From: Catajapyx aquilonaris
Lineage: Eukaryota
Direction: 5' to 3'
Length of the DNA: 50,691 nucleotides
Assembly (NCBI GenBank): GCA_000934665.2
Contig: JYFJ02002791.1
Location: 1-50,691, forward strand
Made by a program: the position numbers and the translations under genes. Of the stretch, positions 1-11,157 are shown piece by piece; within the stretch, counting starts at the first letter, position 1; the number at the start of each line of letters is the position of its first letter. A model generated the notes under the pieces. The model worked only from the letters and a program-made list of their open reading frames with translations. It was not told the DNA's origin and searched no databases.

Positions 1-304
1 CCATGTTCATTAAAATGCATAATTACTGTACCTGAGCGAATTCATTTGATGCAGCGCGCGCTGTGAGCGAACACTTCTGACTCCCATCGCGCATTTTAAA
101 ACCTCTGTGACCTTGGTCATATGTGCGCTGGAGGAGGCATTTTTGTGCCATCGTGTGGGCAAGATGCCACTCTATACGTAGGCGACCTTCATGACACCCT
201 ATTTATGTGCAATTAATTTATATATCGTCATTTCCATATTCTCAACTGGGAAATATCAGGGTGAGCGAATTATTTTGGGTTTGGGCAAGTACAACAATAT
301 AGTA

Positions 305-656
305 CAGGTTGAAAATCCTTGACTGGAAATGCTTGGGACTAGAGAAGTGTTTCAGATTTTGGAATTTTTGTATATTGCATCAATAAAATGGCAGGGACAG
401 CTTTGGGATACCTAAACAGCCTAAACACAATATCCATTTACATTTGATAATATAGGTTATGCACAAACGCTGAAGGTAGTTTTATAAATTTTAAATAATT
501 TTGTATACGTACAGATGCAAGCAATGACTATGGTCATGTTACACTAACGTGGATTTGTGGAATTTCCCATTTTTGGTTGCGTCATGTAGCAATTTTTAAA
601 AAAACCAATCTGATTTTAAAAGTTTTCGTTATTTCAGATAAAGGATTCTCAACCTG
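305..656. mobile_element. pogo/Tigger-family MITE (Tigger4/Zombi-like)
   Basis: TA|CAGGTTGAAAATCCTT ... AAGGATTCTCAACCTG|TA: terminal inverted repeats (TIRs) with a TA target-site duplication (TSD). The body resembles my recollection of the Tigger4b/MER46 consensus. Confidence 0.8.
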
Positions 657-851
657 TAGATGTGCAGGGCTCTCCACAAAAGCTTGAGAGTGCTTTATTT
701 ATAGCCTAAGGTTGAATACATGATGAGTAAAAACCCATTAGAGTGGAATTACTATTACAGGAACTGCAAAATTTCATCTTCAGCATAATTATGCCAGCAT
801 TTTATTGTTCTCCTTTCCTGTAATAATAATGGTAATATTGATTTCTTGTAG

Positions 852-3800
852 GGTGGTGGAACTCCACAACAGATTGTTATACAGTCACCTCCTCAAGCAC
901 AGATCATCCAGACTGTTGATGGGCAGACATTCATTTATCAACCAATCCAGTTTGATAACCAACAGGCCCAGCAAGCCGGTCAGTGTTAGTACATTTTAAT
1001 ATTATATATTTTGAAATAATCATAAGGCCTTGGTGGTCATAGTAATTTCTGATTTCTGATTTTCAGTGGTGAACCTGCCAGGCAACATTGTCCAGCTAGC
1101 TGCCAACCCTGGTGTGACAGCAGCTCAAGCTTCTAGTACCGTAGCCAATGCTGCAACCCCAGCTGCAACCCCTGTGCAAACCCAGACAGTTAGTGTAAGC
1201 AACAATACTGCTGGGGTTTCTGCTACACCTTCAACTGTTACTATCCCACAAACGGTTGGTGTCAATGGAACGAACATCGTTATGGTAGGTCTTTGTCACC
1301 AGTTGCAGGGTTGAATTTAAGAAATAGTTGTACCGTAGTGGTACAACATTCATGTCAGTTGTCACTCACCATTTGGATTTACTTGAGTTTCAAGGTCCGC
1401 ATGTATATAATACGAGGGTTGTAAATAAAGTAGTGACAACATTTGTACAAAATGTATGCAGGATTACTTAACCAGATCTGGACAATGATCGCATTACCCC
1501 TCAATCTGCTGCATCTGGTAAAAACAGGGTTGAGAAAACACACATCTGCTGGATATACCACCATGCCAGTATAAGGTGGGGTCAGCTGGTATAGACCAGG
1601 GTTTTATGTATATTTTACCCACAAAAAGCATGAAGTTTTTTTTTTTTTAAGATGTAAAATGCAAATCCTACTGTAGTTTTATATCCTGTTCCCCCTTCAG
1701 CATCACCAGTCAAGAATAGCTGCTGTAAATCACTTGCAAAATTGAAGGGCTCAGCGCCAGTGATCATCACTAACCCTCACCGAAAAAAGTTGAGAAAATG
1801 TTGATTAAATGTTAATGAGAGCTTTCCACAAATCAAGAATGTAGCAGCAAGAATTCCAATTATTACCATCCAGAACGAGAGAGTGGCATAGTCACGTTTG
1901 CCGGCAGAAAAGTTGCTGTTGCTGATTCAGATAAACGCGCCTAAAGCCATTTACCCCCTCAAGAGGGTTAGTCATGTTTGGCGCTGAGCCCTTCAATTAT
2001 ACAATAAAATGTGTGTCCTCCCTTCCACCCCATTATCTGAAGACTAACCAGTCAACATGGTGGCATGAGTGTTACGGTATGTTGCCACTGCCCTTTTCAA
2101 CACCCCTTCTGCCCTTCGAACTAATGGACAGCCCTAGCTACAGCTGTCCCTACACCAGAAGGAAAGCTTCGTTTAAAAAACATGCACTGTAACTGTCTTG
2201 GTTTTAGAGAACCTCGTAATGTTGGCCTACAGAGTGTAAAATATATTTGACATACCATAATAACACACTGGCAAGTGAACCCCTGCAGAGGAAAATAAAA
2301 AGAGAATGTTTGCTGGTGCTATGGATTTATTTCTAAATCCTCGTATTGGTAGACGCATAAAATATTTTAAACCTTGGAAAGGATTTTTATTTGGTTGGAA
2401 ATGCTGGTAATTTCAAAGGGAAGGAGAAATTAACGAAAGTGACCCCACTTATGTAGAATGGCCAGTTCCCCCTGGGTATACTGGCCACCTGGTAGATCTC
2501 GTTTTATACTGGCATGCAGCAGATTGCAGGGTAATATGGTACGTTCTTTCAATGTTATTGCCATTTTCTGCACTTTTTCCAAACACATGGGACCTGCTGG
2601 AGTCCGTCAGCATAGTGTTTCTTGTTGATGGCAAGGAAGGTCTAGTCAATAGCTTGAAATGTGCAAAAGGTACTGGACCAATCTTGACAACAGTCCAGTA
2701 AGCAACCTGGCCTGATCAAGGATCATTGTTGTAATTTTGTGAACATAGTTCAGACCTGGTACTGGCAGTACACTCTGACATATTGATGACTTTTCCACAC
2801 AATGTCACTTGTTTCAATGTGCTATGCCAACTTCTTAGCATATACCAGCCCCCAGTCACTTGTATACCTTATACAGGGTGATTCTCTCGAATGGAAACCC
2901 AAACATTCCTCAATAACTTTTTAACTATGGTATGGTTCCCGATAAAAATTGACATGTACTTACCTTGTATTATGCCAAACAAGGTCTGACTAAAGAATAT
3001 ACCAAAAGTGGTCCACTCCAGCATCCAAGAATTTTTAAATCCGAGTCTGCATAGTGCCGAAGACTCCTGCTGATCCCCGCCGCCAATGTGCAGGAGTCTT
3101 CGGCACTATGCAGACTCGGATTAAAAAATTCTTGGATGCTGGAGGGGACCACTTTTGGTATATTCTTTAGTCAGACCTTGTTTGGCATAATACAAGGTAA
3201 GTACATGTCAATTTTCATCGGGAACCATACCATAGTTAAAAGGTTATTGAGGAATGTTTGGGTTTCCATTCGAGATAATCACCCTGTACATTGCTCTCCC
3301 CGTGAGCTTAGCTGATCTCTCTCACCAAGGGGGGTTAGCCATGGCAACCCCCTTCGTGGGGGAGATCAGCTAAGCTCATGCGAAAAGGTGGGGAGTGACC
3401 CGGGCATGGCATACTTATTAGGAATTTATTGGACCGACCATGCCCGTTAAAGGGACACTGCACTCAAAAAACAAATTTGCGCACATCTAAAAATCGGGGA
3501 AAAAATCCTGAATCCGACGGTGCAATTCATTTTTCGCTACGCGGAATGGTAATCCCAGGGTGAGGTGTCAAAGTGTGTCGTCTGCTAATGAGCGGCGCCG
3601 CCACGCGGGGAACAAGGGAACTGGAGGGCTGCACCGCTCTGGGATGGGCCTAAGCGCGCGGGCAGGCGGGAGCAGCCCTCCAGTTCCCAAGGTCCCGAGG
3701 GCGTCGCTGGCGGATGGCCAGCTTCTAGCGCACTATTTGAATTTCCCCACTTTGACCCCTCGTCCTGGGATTCCGTTCCGCGTAGCGAAAAACGGATTGC

Positions 3801-6800
3801 ACCTTCGGCTTCAGGATTTTTTGTCGGATTTTTAGAGCCAAACTTGTTTTTTGAGTGGAGTGTCCCTTTAAGGCCCAACAGCCCATTCACTCAACATTGC
3901 ATACTGTGAATAGAGCCCAGGATCTTGTGTGTTAAGTCAGATTTGAATTACCGATTCCTGGCAGTGTGTTGCCACTACTTTATTTATGACCCTTGCTTGT
4001 AAACTTTTAAAATAGTAATGGATGAACCGGAAAGTTTTTTTTATTGCACTATGATGCATGCTAAGATATGTGAGTTACAAGTCAGCAGCTTGTGGAATTT
4101 TTTGGTGGTTTATTTCATATGTCAGCTATCACCTTGAATAGCAATTCTCATTTCTGCATATTCATTGACTCACCAGTCACCATTAATTTTGGTAGGTACA
4201 CTCAGGAACAGGAGTACCGGTCCCACTTTTATGAAGGAGTGTTCCCTCAATTTCCATCAATTATATGCAGGTTCAGATCTTATTGTATATATGGGGCCAA
4301 TTATTGGAAGAGTAATGAAGGGAGACATGGAATAATGTAATCTAAATACAGTGAAACCTGTGTATTAAGGAATCGCACGGGACCCTTAACATTTTCTGTA
4401 ATGGATATTGGATAGGTTTCCGCTGTATTCAGATCAGGGACGTTACTAAGTTGTTGTTTTTCCGGTGAGAAAGAGCGGAAAATGGGGAGCGCAACCTTAC
4501 CTTCAATATGATGCAAAATCAGTCCACCACACACTTTTTTCCACGAAATTTTGTGCCTGTTGCAGAAACTTTCCAGCCACCCATTTGAAACACTTAAGTT
4601 TTGCCATACCGAGTTTTTGGGCTATTAATTTTGCCTGCTCTTTTGGATCATCTGCCCGGACATGAGCAATACATCTAACCTTTTTCAACCCCTTCCTCTT
4701 CCCCGGCATTTTACAACTGGACTAAACTGAACTTGAAGGCAGGGCACCTACGAATCACGAGTCACAGTGTGGTGAAAGGATGGTCCAAAAAGGGTTACTC
4801 AGAGGCCTGCTGGGAGGGTCGGGAGTGAACCTGGCTGAATTTTTTTATTTTTGTGACGCGGAGGAGATAATGTGAACCTTTTGATTTCGGTTATGAACAG
4901 AGATTTTCTTTGAAGGGAGACAAAAATCCCTTCCATTTCCGCGTTGGGCAGGTTCCGTAATATCCTTCAAAAAATACATTGCAAGTCATGTACATACGCC
5001 CGTTCCCTGAAAAAGTTCTGCAATGGATAGGTTTCCCCTATACCCAGGGTCTGTAAGGGCAGGATTCACTGTGTTTACAAACAAATTATTGGAATCTTGA
5101 GCTTCATCACTCATTAGTAGTAGTTGTAATGTTAAGTGCCTAAGCATCTGAATACACCCTTATGGTGCTTGCATTTGCTCTTTTTGTGTTGTTTTTGTTT
5201 GGTATTTCCACCAGATGGTGCCAGGCTCAGGTGGTGTTCCTCAGCTTCAAAGGATTCCCCTCCCAGGACCAGAACTTTTGGAGGAAGAACCTCTGTATGT
5301 AAATGCCAAACAATATCATCGTATCCTCAAGAGGAGGCAGGCTAGGGCCAAGCTTGAGGCTGAGGGGAGGATACCTAAGGAACGTCCGGTAAGTGAATCA
5401 CTTGATCATGTTGTTTTTGCAACAGCCACTGGAACATTGTTACTAATGGTGATAATAGGCTTGGCAAGATGTGGAGTTGTCACATGTTGCATATTTGACA
5501 AAGCACTGTACCTTGGAAAGGATCATGTGCAAGGCATGACAACTCCGTGGTTTGATGAGTTTATTTATCATGCCAAGTTATTACATTGGGGTGTCTGCAC
5601 TGTGTGGAATTCAGATAAGGTGGTGGGTAGGAACAGATTAGCGAGGAAAAAATAATCAAAAGTGGATTTTATCTGGATGTTGGCTAGCTGACTGACTGAC
5701 TCCGCTGACCACAAACACGAGCAGTTGATTTATAGGGCTACTTTCTTAGAGGAGATAAGTAGAGATAGTTGTTGATGGCAACAACCTGCGGGAACCATGC
5801 ATGCACATCTTAATTTTCACCTGTTCATCACAAGCCATCAGGCAACTTCAGAAAATGTGTCACAAGAGGACTTCAGAATGCAAGGAAAGTTTACAACAAC
5901 AGTTACTAAACAGAAACAACCTATTGCTTAAGAAATCATCCAATTCTTTTATACAGTGAAACCTTATGAAGCATAAATTTTTCATAACAGGCAATTTCTG
6001 CTATAGCAATGTTCAATAAACTAGGAAAAATAATTTTAGGCCCATGCTCAGTGAATGAATTAATCTATCAAATGGACAACACCAAGGTTTTCTTGGGATA
6101 TCTGACAACCAAAGTAACTCTTCTTACCCTCCTGAATTTTGAAAATTTTTGCATTTTCTAATAGTGTTGAGAAAACATCACCTCCGCTGCTAATTTCCAC
6201 ATTAGCAGGGTGAAAATACAGCCAGAAGGCGATATTCTGAAGCCACAACACCTGCATCCCGTCGTGAGTCGCGGGTCCCGGCTGCCCGGTCGCGGTCGCC
6301 TTTCACCACGTGTGTAGCGATCTCCGGTGCTGCGAAGGAGAAGGGTCATCTCTCACGCTTTGAAGTCAAAGGCGATTATAATAATGGAGAGCCTTGGAGT
6401 CCTAGTTCTCCATTATTATAATCACCTTCGACTTCAAAGCATGTGGGATGAGTAATGATCCTTCTCCTTCACGGCACCGGAGAGTGCTACAGACGCGGTG
6501 AAAGGTGACCGGGACCGGCGACTCGTGACCGGATGCATGTGTTGTGGCTTCGGAACATCACATTTTGGCTGTATTTTCACCCTGCTAACGTGGAAATTAG
6601 CAACGGAGGAGATGTTTTCTCAACACTATAGGCCAAGCAGAATTAGAAAATGCAAAAATTTTCAAAATTCAGGAGGGTAAGAAAAGTTACTTTGGTTGTG
6701 GGTTGGGTTAGGTTATGGTTAGTGCTAGACTGTCATTCTGACTGTAAACACAACATGTTCTGCTTTTCTCTTGCAGAAATACCTGCATGAGTCGCGCCAT

Positions 6801-6956
6801 CGTCATGCCATGAACCGTGTGCGAGGCGAAGGAGGAAGGTTCCATTCAGGCATGGGAGACAACATGTCAGATGGTTCCTCCAGTTCACATGTAGACACAG
6901 ACACCCTCACCACCACTCTCCCCCTTGAAGTGGTACAGCACCATTTTCGTGCTTGA
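852..6956 (+). CDS. NFYA: Nuclear transcription factor Y subunit alpha, 5'-partial; exons 852-978, 1067-1284, 5215-5388, 6777-6956
   Basis: Q-rich exons (QIIQTVDGQTFIYQP) are followed by the HAP2/CBF-B domain split over two exons: EEEPLYVNAKQYHRILKRRQARAKLEAEGRIPKERP | KYLHESRHRHAMNRVRGEGGRFHS. All junctions are GT-AG with matching phases (1,0,0). The start lies upstream of the window. The stop at 6954-6956 assumes no further splicing. Confidence 0.95.
1744..1994. mobile_element. MITE with 4-bp AATT TSD (Sola-like)
   Basis: AATT|GAAGGGCTCAGCGCCA..ACTAACCCTC ... GAGGGTTAGT..TGGCGCTGAGCCCTTC|AATT. Confidence 0.75.
2874..3286. mobile_element. Foldback Tc1/mariner-type MITE (CAGGGTG ends)
   Basis: TA|CAGGGTG ... 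CACCCTG|TA with near-perfect arms of about 197 bp around a loop of about 19 nt. Confidence 0.92.
3301..3380. repeat. 80-bp palindrome (probable internal hairpin of a decayed element)
   Basis: GTGAGCTTAGCTGATCTC..AAGGGGG / CCCCCTT..GAGATCAGCTAAGCTCAT. Confidence 0.75.
3451..3867. mobile_element. Kolobok/T2-like MITE with TTAA TSD
   Basis: TTAA|AGGGACACTGCACTCAAAAAACAA ... TTGTTTTTTGAGTGGAGTGTCCCT|TTAA; imperfect arms of about 120 bp around a GC-rich core. Confidence 0.85.
4349..5071 (-). mobile_element. Internally deleted pogo/Tigger element with a transposase remnant
   Basis: TA|CAGTGAAACCTG ... CAGGATTCACTG TIRs and a repeated subterminal GGATAGGTTTCC. Minus strand ~4668-4525 reads, across frameshifts, MSGQMIQ / EQAKLIAQKLGM / VSNGWLESFCNRHKISWKKVCG, matching the CENP-B-type HTH of pogo/Tigger transposases. 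Confidence 0.85.
6106..6698. mobile_element. Long foldback element (CAACCAAAGTAAC termini)
   Basis: Two arms of about 290 bp pair almost to the centre (ATTATAATAATGGAGA / TCTCCATTATTATAAT); flanks TGA / TGG. Confidence 0.9.
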
Positions 6957-7579
6957 TGATTGACCCACCTCATCAACGGCCCAGACCTTCAATCACATTC
7001 AGTGTGCACTTACCCAAGTGTGCGCTGACACGCTGCACATTAGCAGGTGCACATTTGATAAAGTGTTTTTTAAAAGTAAACTATTATTTCTCAACAGACA
7101 ATTCTGCAAGACTGAATCGTTTTTTGTTTGGTTTTTTAAGTAGTTCGGAGTATTGGAGTGTTTTCCTGTTTTGGCCGTGTGTTGCATGTGAATGCGTTTC
7201 AGAGATGATACACTTTAGGTTGAGATTTTTATTTGACTTCAGCATTTGACATTAATTTTTCAGTATTATCAATGTATGTTTTTCATTTTAAGTTGCAAAC
7301 AACTCAAGGTCATTAATGTATTTGTTTTGTGTATATTTTGGGCAAGAATGAAGGATTGGTCACAGGTTTTTATGGGATATATACTGGGATTGTGGACTGA
7401 AGCTGGAAAACCATATTTGTACAACTCGGGGTTAAAACTTAAGGCATAAATGTGTACGGGCCAGTTTCATGAACATGAGTTAAGGTTACCAATGGAGTTA
7501 ACCCTTATTTACATGTCGTGGGCATGCAAGTGAAATCCACTTACTCCAAAAAACCAGTTTCAAGATACAGATACAGATA

Positions 7580-8160
7580 CAGAAACTTCTATAAGTCGAA
7601 CTTCCCTAAATCGAAGTTCTCTATAAGTCGAATAAAATTATGAGCTTGGTTGGTCACAATGTAAAATAATAGGAAATAAACTTCCCTAACTCGAATTTCT
7701 ATAACTCGAAGTCCAGGTATAGGGCCTTACGATGGGATATCAACGCATTTTCAGTCTCCCTAAGTCGAAGTTCATGTTGGCGAGTACGGAAAATTTTCTC
7801 ATTTCTCAGACGAAGGGTCGAGAGTAGGCCACATGCACAGAAAGGCTCAATTTCCTGATTTCCATCTACCAGACGTACCGAAAGAAGTGTTTGACTCGAT
7901 TGTGACAATTGAATCCTTGAATTTAAGAGTATGGAAATGTCCATAATGGAGATTTTTTACACCAAAACAACGAGGAATATTGTAAGAGTGATGGGGACAG
8001 TTATTTTAAAGTTTTGAACACCTTTTGTCGCTGGATATAAAGTCAGGCTTCCTTATATAGTTATGTGCTTAAAAAATTCCAAACTTCTCTAACTCGAATC
8101 TTCTATAACTCGGAGTTTTTCCCCGGTCCCATGGAGATTCGACTTATAGAAGTTTTACTG
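7580..8160. mobile_element. pogo-like MITE with CTATAAGTCGAA subterminal repeats
   Basis: TA|CAGAAACTTCTATAAGTCGAA ... TTCGACTTATAGAAGTTTTACTG|TA, with several internal CT(A/C)TAA(G/C)TCGAA motifs. Confidence 0.85.
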
Positions 8161-8233
8161 TAATTGAAGGCAAAGGTTTGACCTTGCACTTGCTTACAGG
8201 TTAGTGAAGACACTACTCTCGGTGTCCACCGAA

Positions 8234-8512
8234 GCAGGTTGGCATAGTGGATAAGGCGTCCGACTGCTAATCGGGAGGTCCTGGGTTCGAATCCCGGGGC
8301 CGGCAACTCTGACCGTGGTTTTCTGTGGTTTCCCACGGTCCTTCCAGGAAAATTCCGAAGTTGCTTCCGTAATTAATAGGCCACAGCTGCTTCCTTCCGT
8401 CCCTATCCGATCCCAAAGAGCACAGTAAAATGAAAGCAAAGAGTTCCATGCAAAACAAACTTTCCCCCTAAAGAGCCGATGGCTGATAACAGGGTATGAA
8501 TTATTATTATTA
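8234..8512 (+). mobile_element. tRNA-derived SINE with (ATT)n tail
   Basis: A box TGGCATAGTGG, anticodon-like arm TCCGA-CTGCTAA-TCGGG, B box GGTTCGAATCC, body GGTTTTCTGTGGTTTCCC..CCAGGAAAATTCCG..GGCCACAGCTGCTTCCTTCC resembling arthropod Lm1-type SINE cores, and an ATT repeat tail. Confidence 0.85.
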
Positions 8513-8699
8513 ATAATAAATAATAATAATAATTCATACCCCGTTATTAGCCATAATAATAATAATAATAATTAACTCTTGGTGTCCTGGCTCATTAATT
8601 TAATGATGGATATCCCGTGATAGGCCTCTTTGGGCCTTTTTTAGATCATCTTATCTATTATAGCCAACTTTAATCATTGCCTACCCTGTGATGGATTTT

Positions 8700-8864
8700 G
8701 ATTGTAGGAGGAAACAGGAGAGCCCCGAGAAAACCCATGCAAACATGGAGAGAACCCATCAAAACTCGATCCACATAAGTATCCTCTGTTAAATCCGGGG
8801 ATCAAACTCGGGACCTCATAGGTGGAAGGCTGTGGTGATGAGCACTACACCACCATGCTGCCCC
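8700..8864 (-). mobile_element. tRNA-derived SINE with V/Meta-type central domain
   Basis: Reverse strand: GGGGCAGCATGGTGGTGTAGTG (A box), GAGTTTGATCCCC (B box), GTTCTCTCCATGTTTGCATGGGTTTTCTCGGGGCTCTCCTGTTTCCTCCTAC. Confidence 0.8.
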
Positions 8865-9029
8865 ATGGTGTCCTGACTTATTATGAATTGAATAGACTTT
8901 ACCAGGCATAAAAAATGCAGTGGTGTAAATAACTGAAAACCACAAAAATCGGACTGATGGCTTTCACTTGTATGCCGACAATATGGACAACTCCATAACC
9001 TTAACTCACATTCATACAATGGGCCCTAA

Positions 9030-9387
9030 GACCCACATATGTAATGGACATTCAAAGGAGGAGTCAGGATTAACACGTTGAGAGGGGTTTAACCTCCTCT
9101 TTGTATATAAAACGATGGTTCAACCCCACTCCTTGGGGTCGAGTTGGACTCGGAGTCAACCCTGGTCTGGGAGCAGAGTTGACTTCTCCACCCAGGGTTA
9201 AGAGATTTTGAAAGTGGTGGACAGAGCCGAGTTGGAAGAAGCATTCGAGGGTGGGTCGTGGGTGACATGGCATGGTACAATCTCGTAGGGGTTGTTTTTC
9301 ATTACGCACATAATCCAACTCGACCCAGGGTTCAACCCTGACTTGCTCTCAACCCCATGATTTCAGCATCCAGTATGTATATGAGCC
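9030..9387. mobile_element. Degenerate Harbinger-like MITE
   Basis: TAA on both flanks, weak TIRs (GACCCACATAT / ATATGAGCC) and internal inverted GGGTCGAGTTGGA / TCCAACTCGACCC. Confidence 0.5.
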
Positions 9388-10079
9388 TAAGTATTTCTAC
9401 ATATTTCGCAGGTCTTTACATCCTAAGTCTACAGGACTCCTCCTTTCCTTCCCATTGCACTTGGTGAAGACCAGTAGTTTTGATAATGAAAGAATATTCT
9501 TTTTTATGATTACATCACACAGTTCCCGGTGACGAGGTAACGCTCAGATGTGTCCTAAATATGTGGCGTGTTGATGGTCGTTGAATCGCTCGTGCAATAA
9601 TCAGGTCAGGAAAGCCTGGTTATTGCACTGGTCCATTCAATTGGAAATTGAAAATCAGGACATTTAATCACAACAGCAGGATTGTGAAATGACAGGTTAA
9701 AGTGTGAAGACTTCCTTATCTCTTATGGGATCCAAAATATGGCTTGGATCATTTTGCATAATAAGGAAGTCTTCAGTTGTTTGAGGTTCCCGGTGACGTA
9801 CATGATCTGAACAAAGTAGGCTTCACTTGCAGGACAAGTGCAGTCAGTCACACACGATAACTTAATTGATAATCACCTTACATTGTTTTGTTCGTCATTT
9901 AACTACTGGATGCCCAAGTGAACTAGTTCACTTATTTTTTTGCTTCTCAACATGTAACCAACCTTTTCCCTTCGTTAAATATTTTAAGGGAAATAAGGGC
10001 AATAGTTTATTTTTATACATCCTAATTTATTTTTTTCTTTCCTCCATTGAAATTGCAAGAATTCGTCACTAGTATAAAT

Positions 10080-10288
10080 GGGCATTTCCATGATGCATCC
10101 GTCCGTTCGTAACACAAGTTTTGCCTACGTGCACAATATTTTATTATAACAATGACAGGATGCATGCACTGCATGCTTAATCCATTTCATGCAATGTGTG
10201 TGTATTGTTACAATAAAATATGCTAGTACATGTCTGCAAAACCTGCGTTACGAACGGACAGTATGTCTGTGTTTGCGTGGAAATGCCC
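10080..10288. mobile_element. MITE with 4-bp AAAT TSD (Sola-like)
   Basis: AAAT|GGGCATTTCCA..GTCCGTTCGTAAC ... GTTACGAACGGAC..TGGAAATGCCC|AAAT. Confidence 0.85.
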
Positions 10289-11157
10289 AAATGCCTTCTA
10301 TTGACAAACAAAAAAGAAGTGACTGAGGTTCAAAGCGCAAACTGTACTAAACTTACGTGCATCACATGTATGTAAATACATTTTGTTTTTCTTTTGCACA
10401 TTTGGATTCTGGTAAAAGTAGTACAGATTTATACATAGGGAGATAATTAACGAGTTGAGTATTGTTCGATAGATTTATTTCCAGATGCTATTTGACTTTA
10501 AAAAAACAAAAAAATAAAAATAAAAAGACAGAAGCTGTTGCTTTTATTGTTGAATTGCGTGGAGTCCCTTGTGTGTTTCGTTGTTATCAGGACCTTTTCC
10601 AGATGGGTGGAGATGGTGCCGAAATTTCCTGTGGCCTCCAGAAGGTTATTTTTGTGCAAAATCCCTTTCACTTTTACGCAGAACTGCTGGGAACTAGCGT
10701 GCATGTGTAAAGGCAGGCTGTCCACTTTCATAGTAAAAGTAGCTCTGATAGTTTTTGACGGCAACTGCAACACAATATTCAGCCCGACCTTCCAGCATTG
10801 CTAAAAGCACGACAATTGTTGCTAGGAATCACATTTCCAACAATGGGCGAAATTCGAATCGAAAAGCATGCCAGGTGGGAGCTGCGCATTGACCTGTACA
10901 GTACCTTTGTAGGATCGATGGTGGGCGGGTTTTCAGAGTGGGGGTTATTGAGGATAAGGGGTTGGGGGCAGGTGAAAGGTTTGGTCTCAGGGTGGAGGGG
11001 GGATATGTTAAAAAAAGAGGAAAAAGTTGGCCATGCATGAAGCAGGTGTGTGAGTTCCACGAGAGGATAGACATGTGTGAGTGTGTGGTATTGCATTCGT
11101 GTTTCCAGATCCGCAGCATGCTGCAGGGTCATCAGGAACCGGTGTCCTGAGGGCGAG

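Larger units (their letters stand above)
7458..9026. mobile_element. Harbinger/PIF-like MITE split by nested insertions
   Basis: Left end GGGCCAGTTTCATGAACATGAGTTAAGGTTA..ATGGAGTT pairs with right end AACTCCATAACCTTAACTCACATTCATACAATGGGCCC; GGGCC termini, flanks TAC / TAA. Confidence 0.6.

Noticed and set aside
1..291. Possible right end of a Tc1-like element (GAGCGAATTATTTTGGGTTTGGGCAAG|TA)
   Set aside because: The partner TIR would lie outside the window, so it cannot be verified
5389..5655. Hydrophobic C-terminal extension of the NF-YA ORF
   Set aside because: Read-through into the intron after a strong GTAAGT donor; the conserved domain continues at 6777
8234..8305. Functional tRNA-Ser(GCT) gene
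   Set aside because: The acceptor stem pairs poorly, the long variable arm of Ser tRNAs is missing, there is no T-run terminator, and it continues into a SINE body and ATT tail
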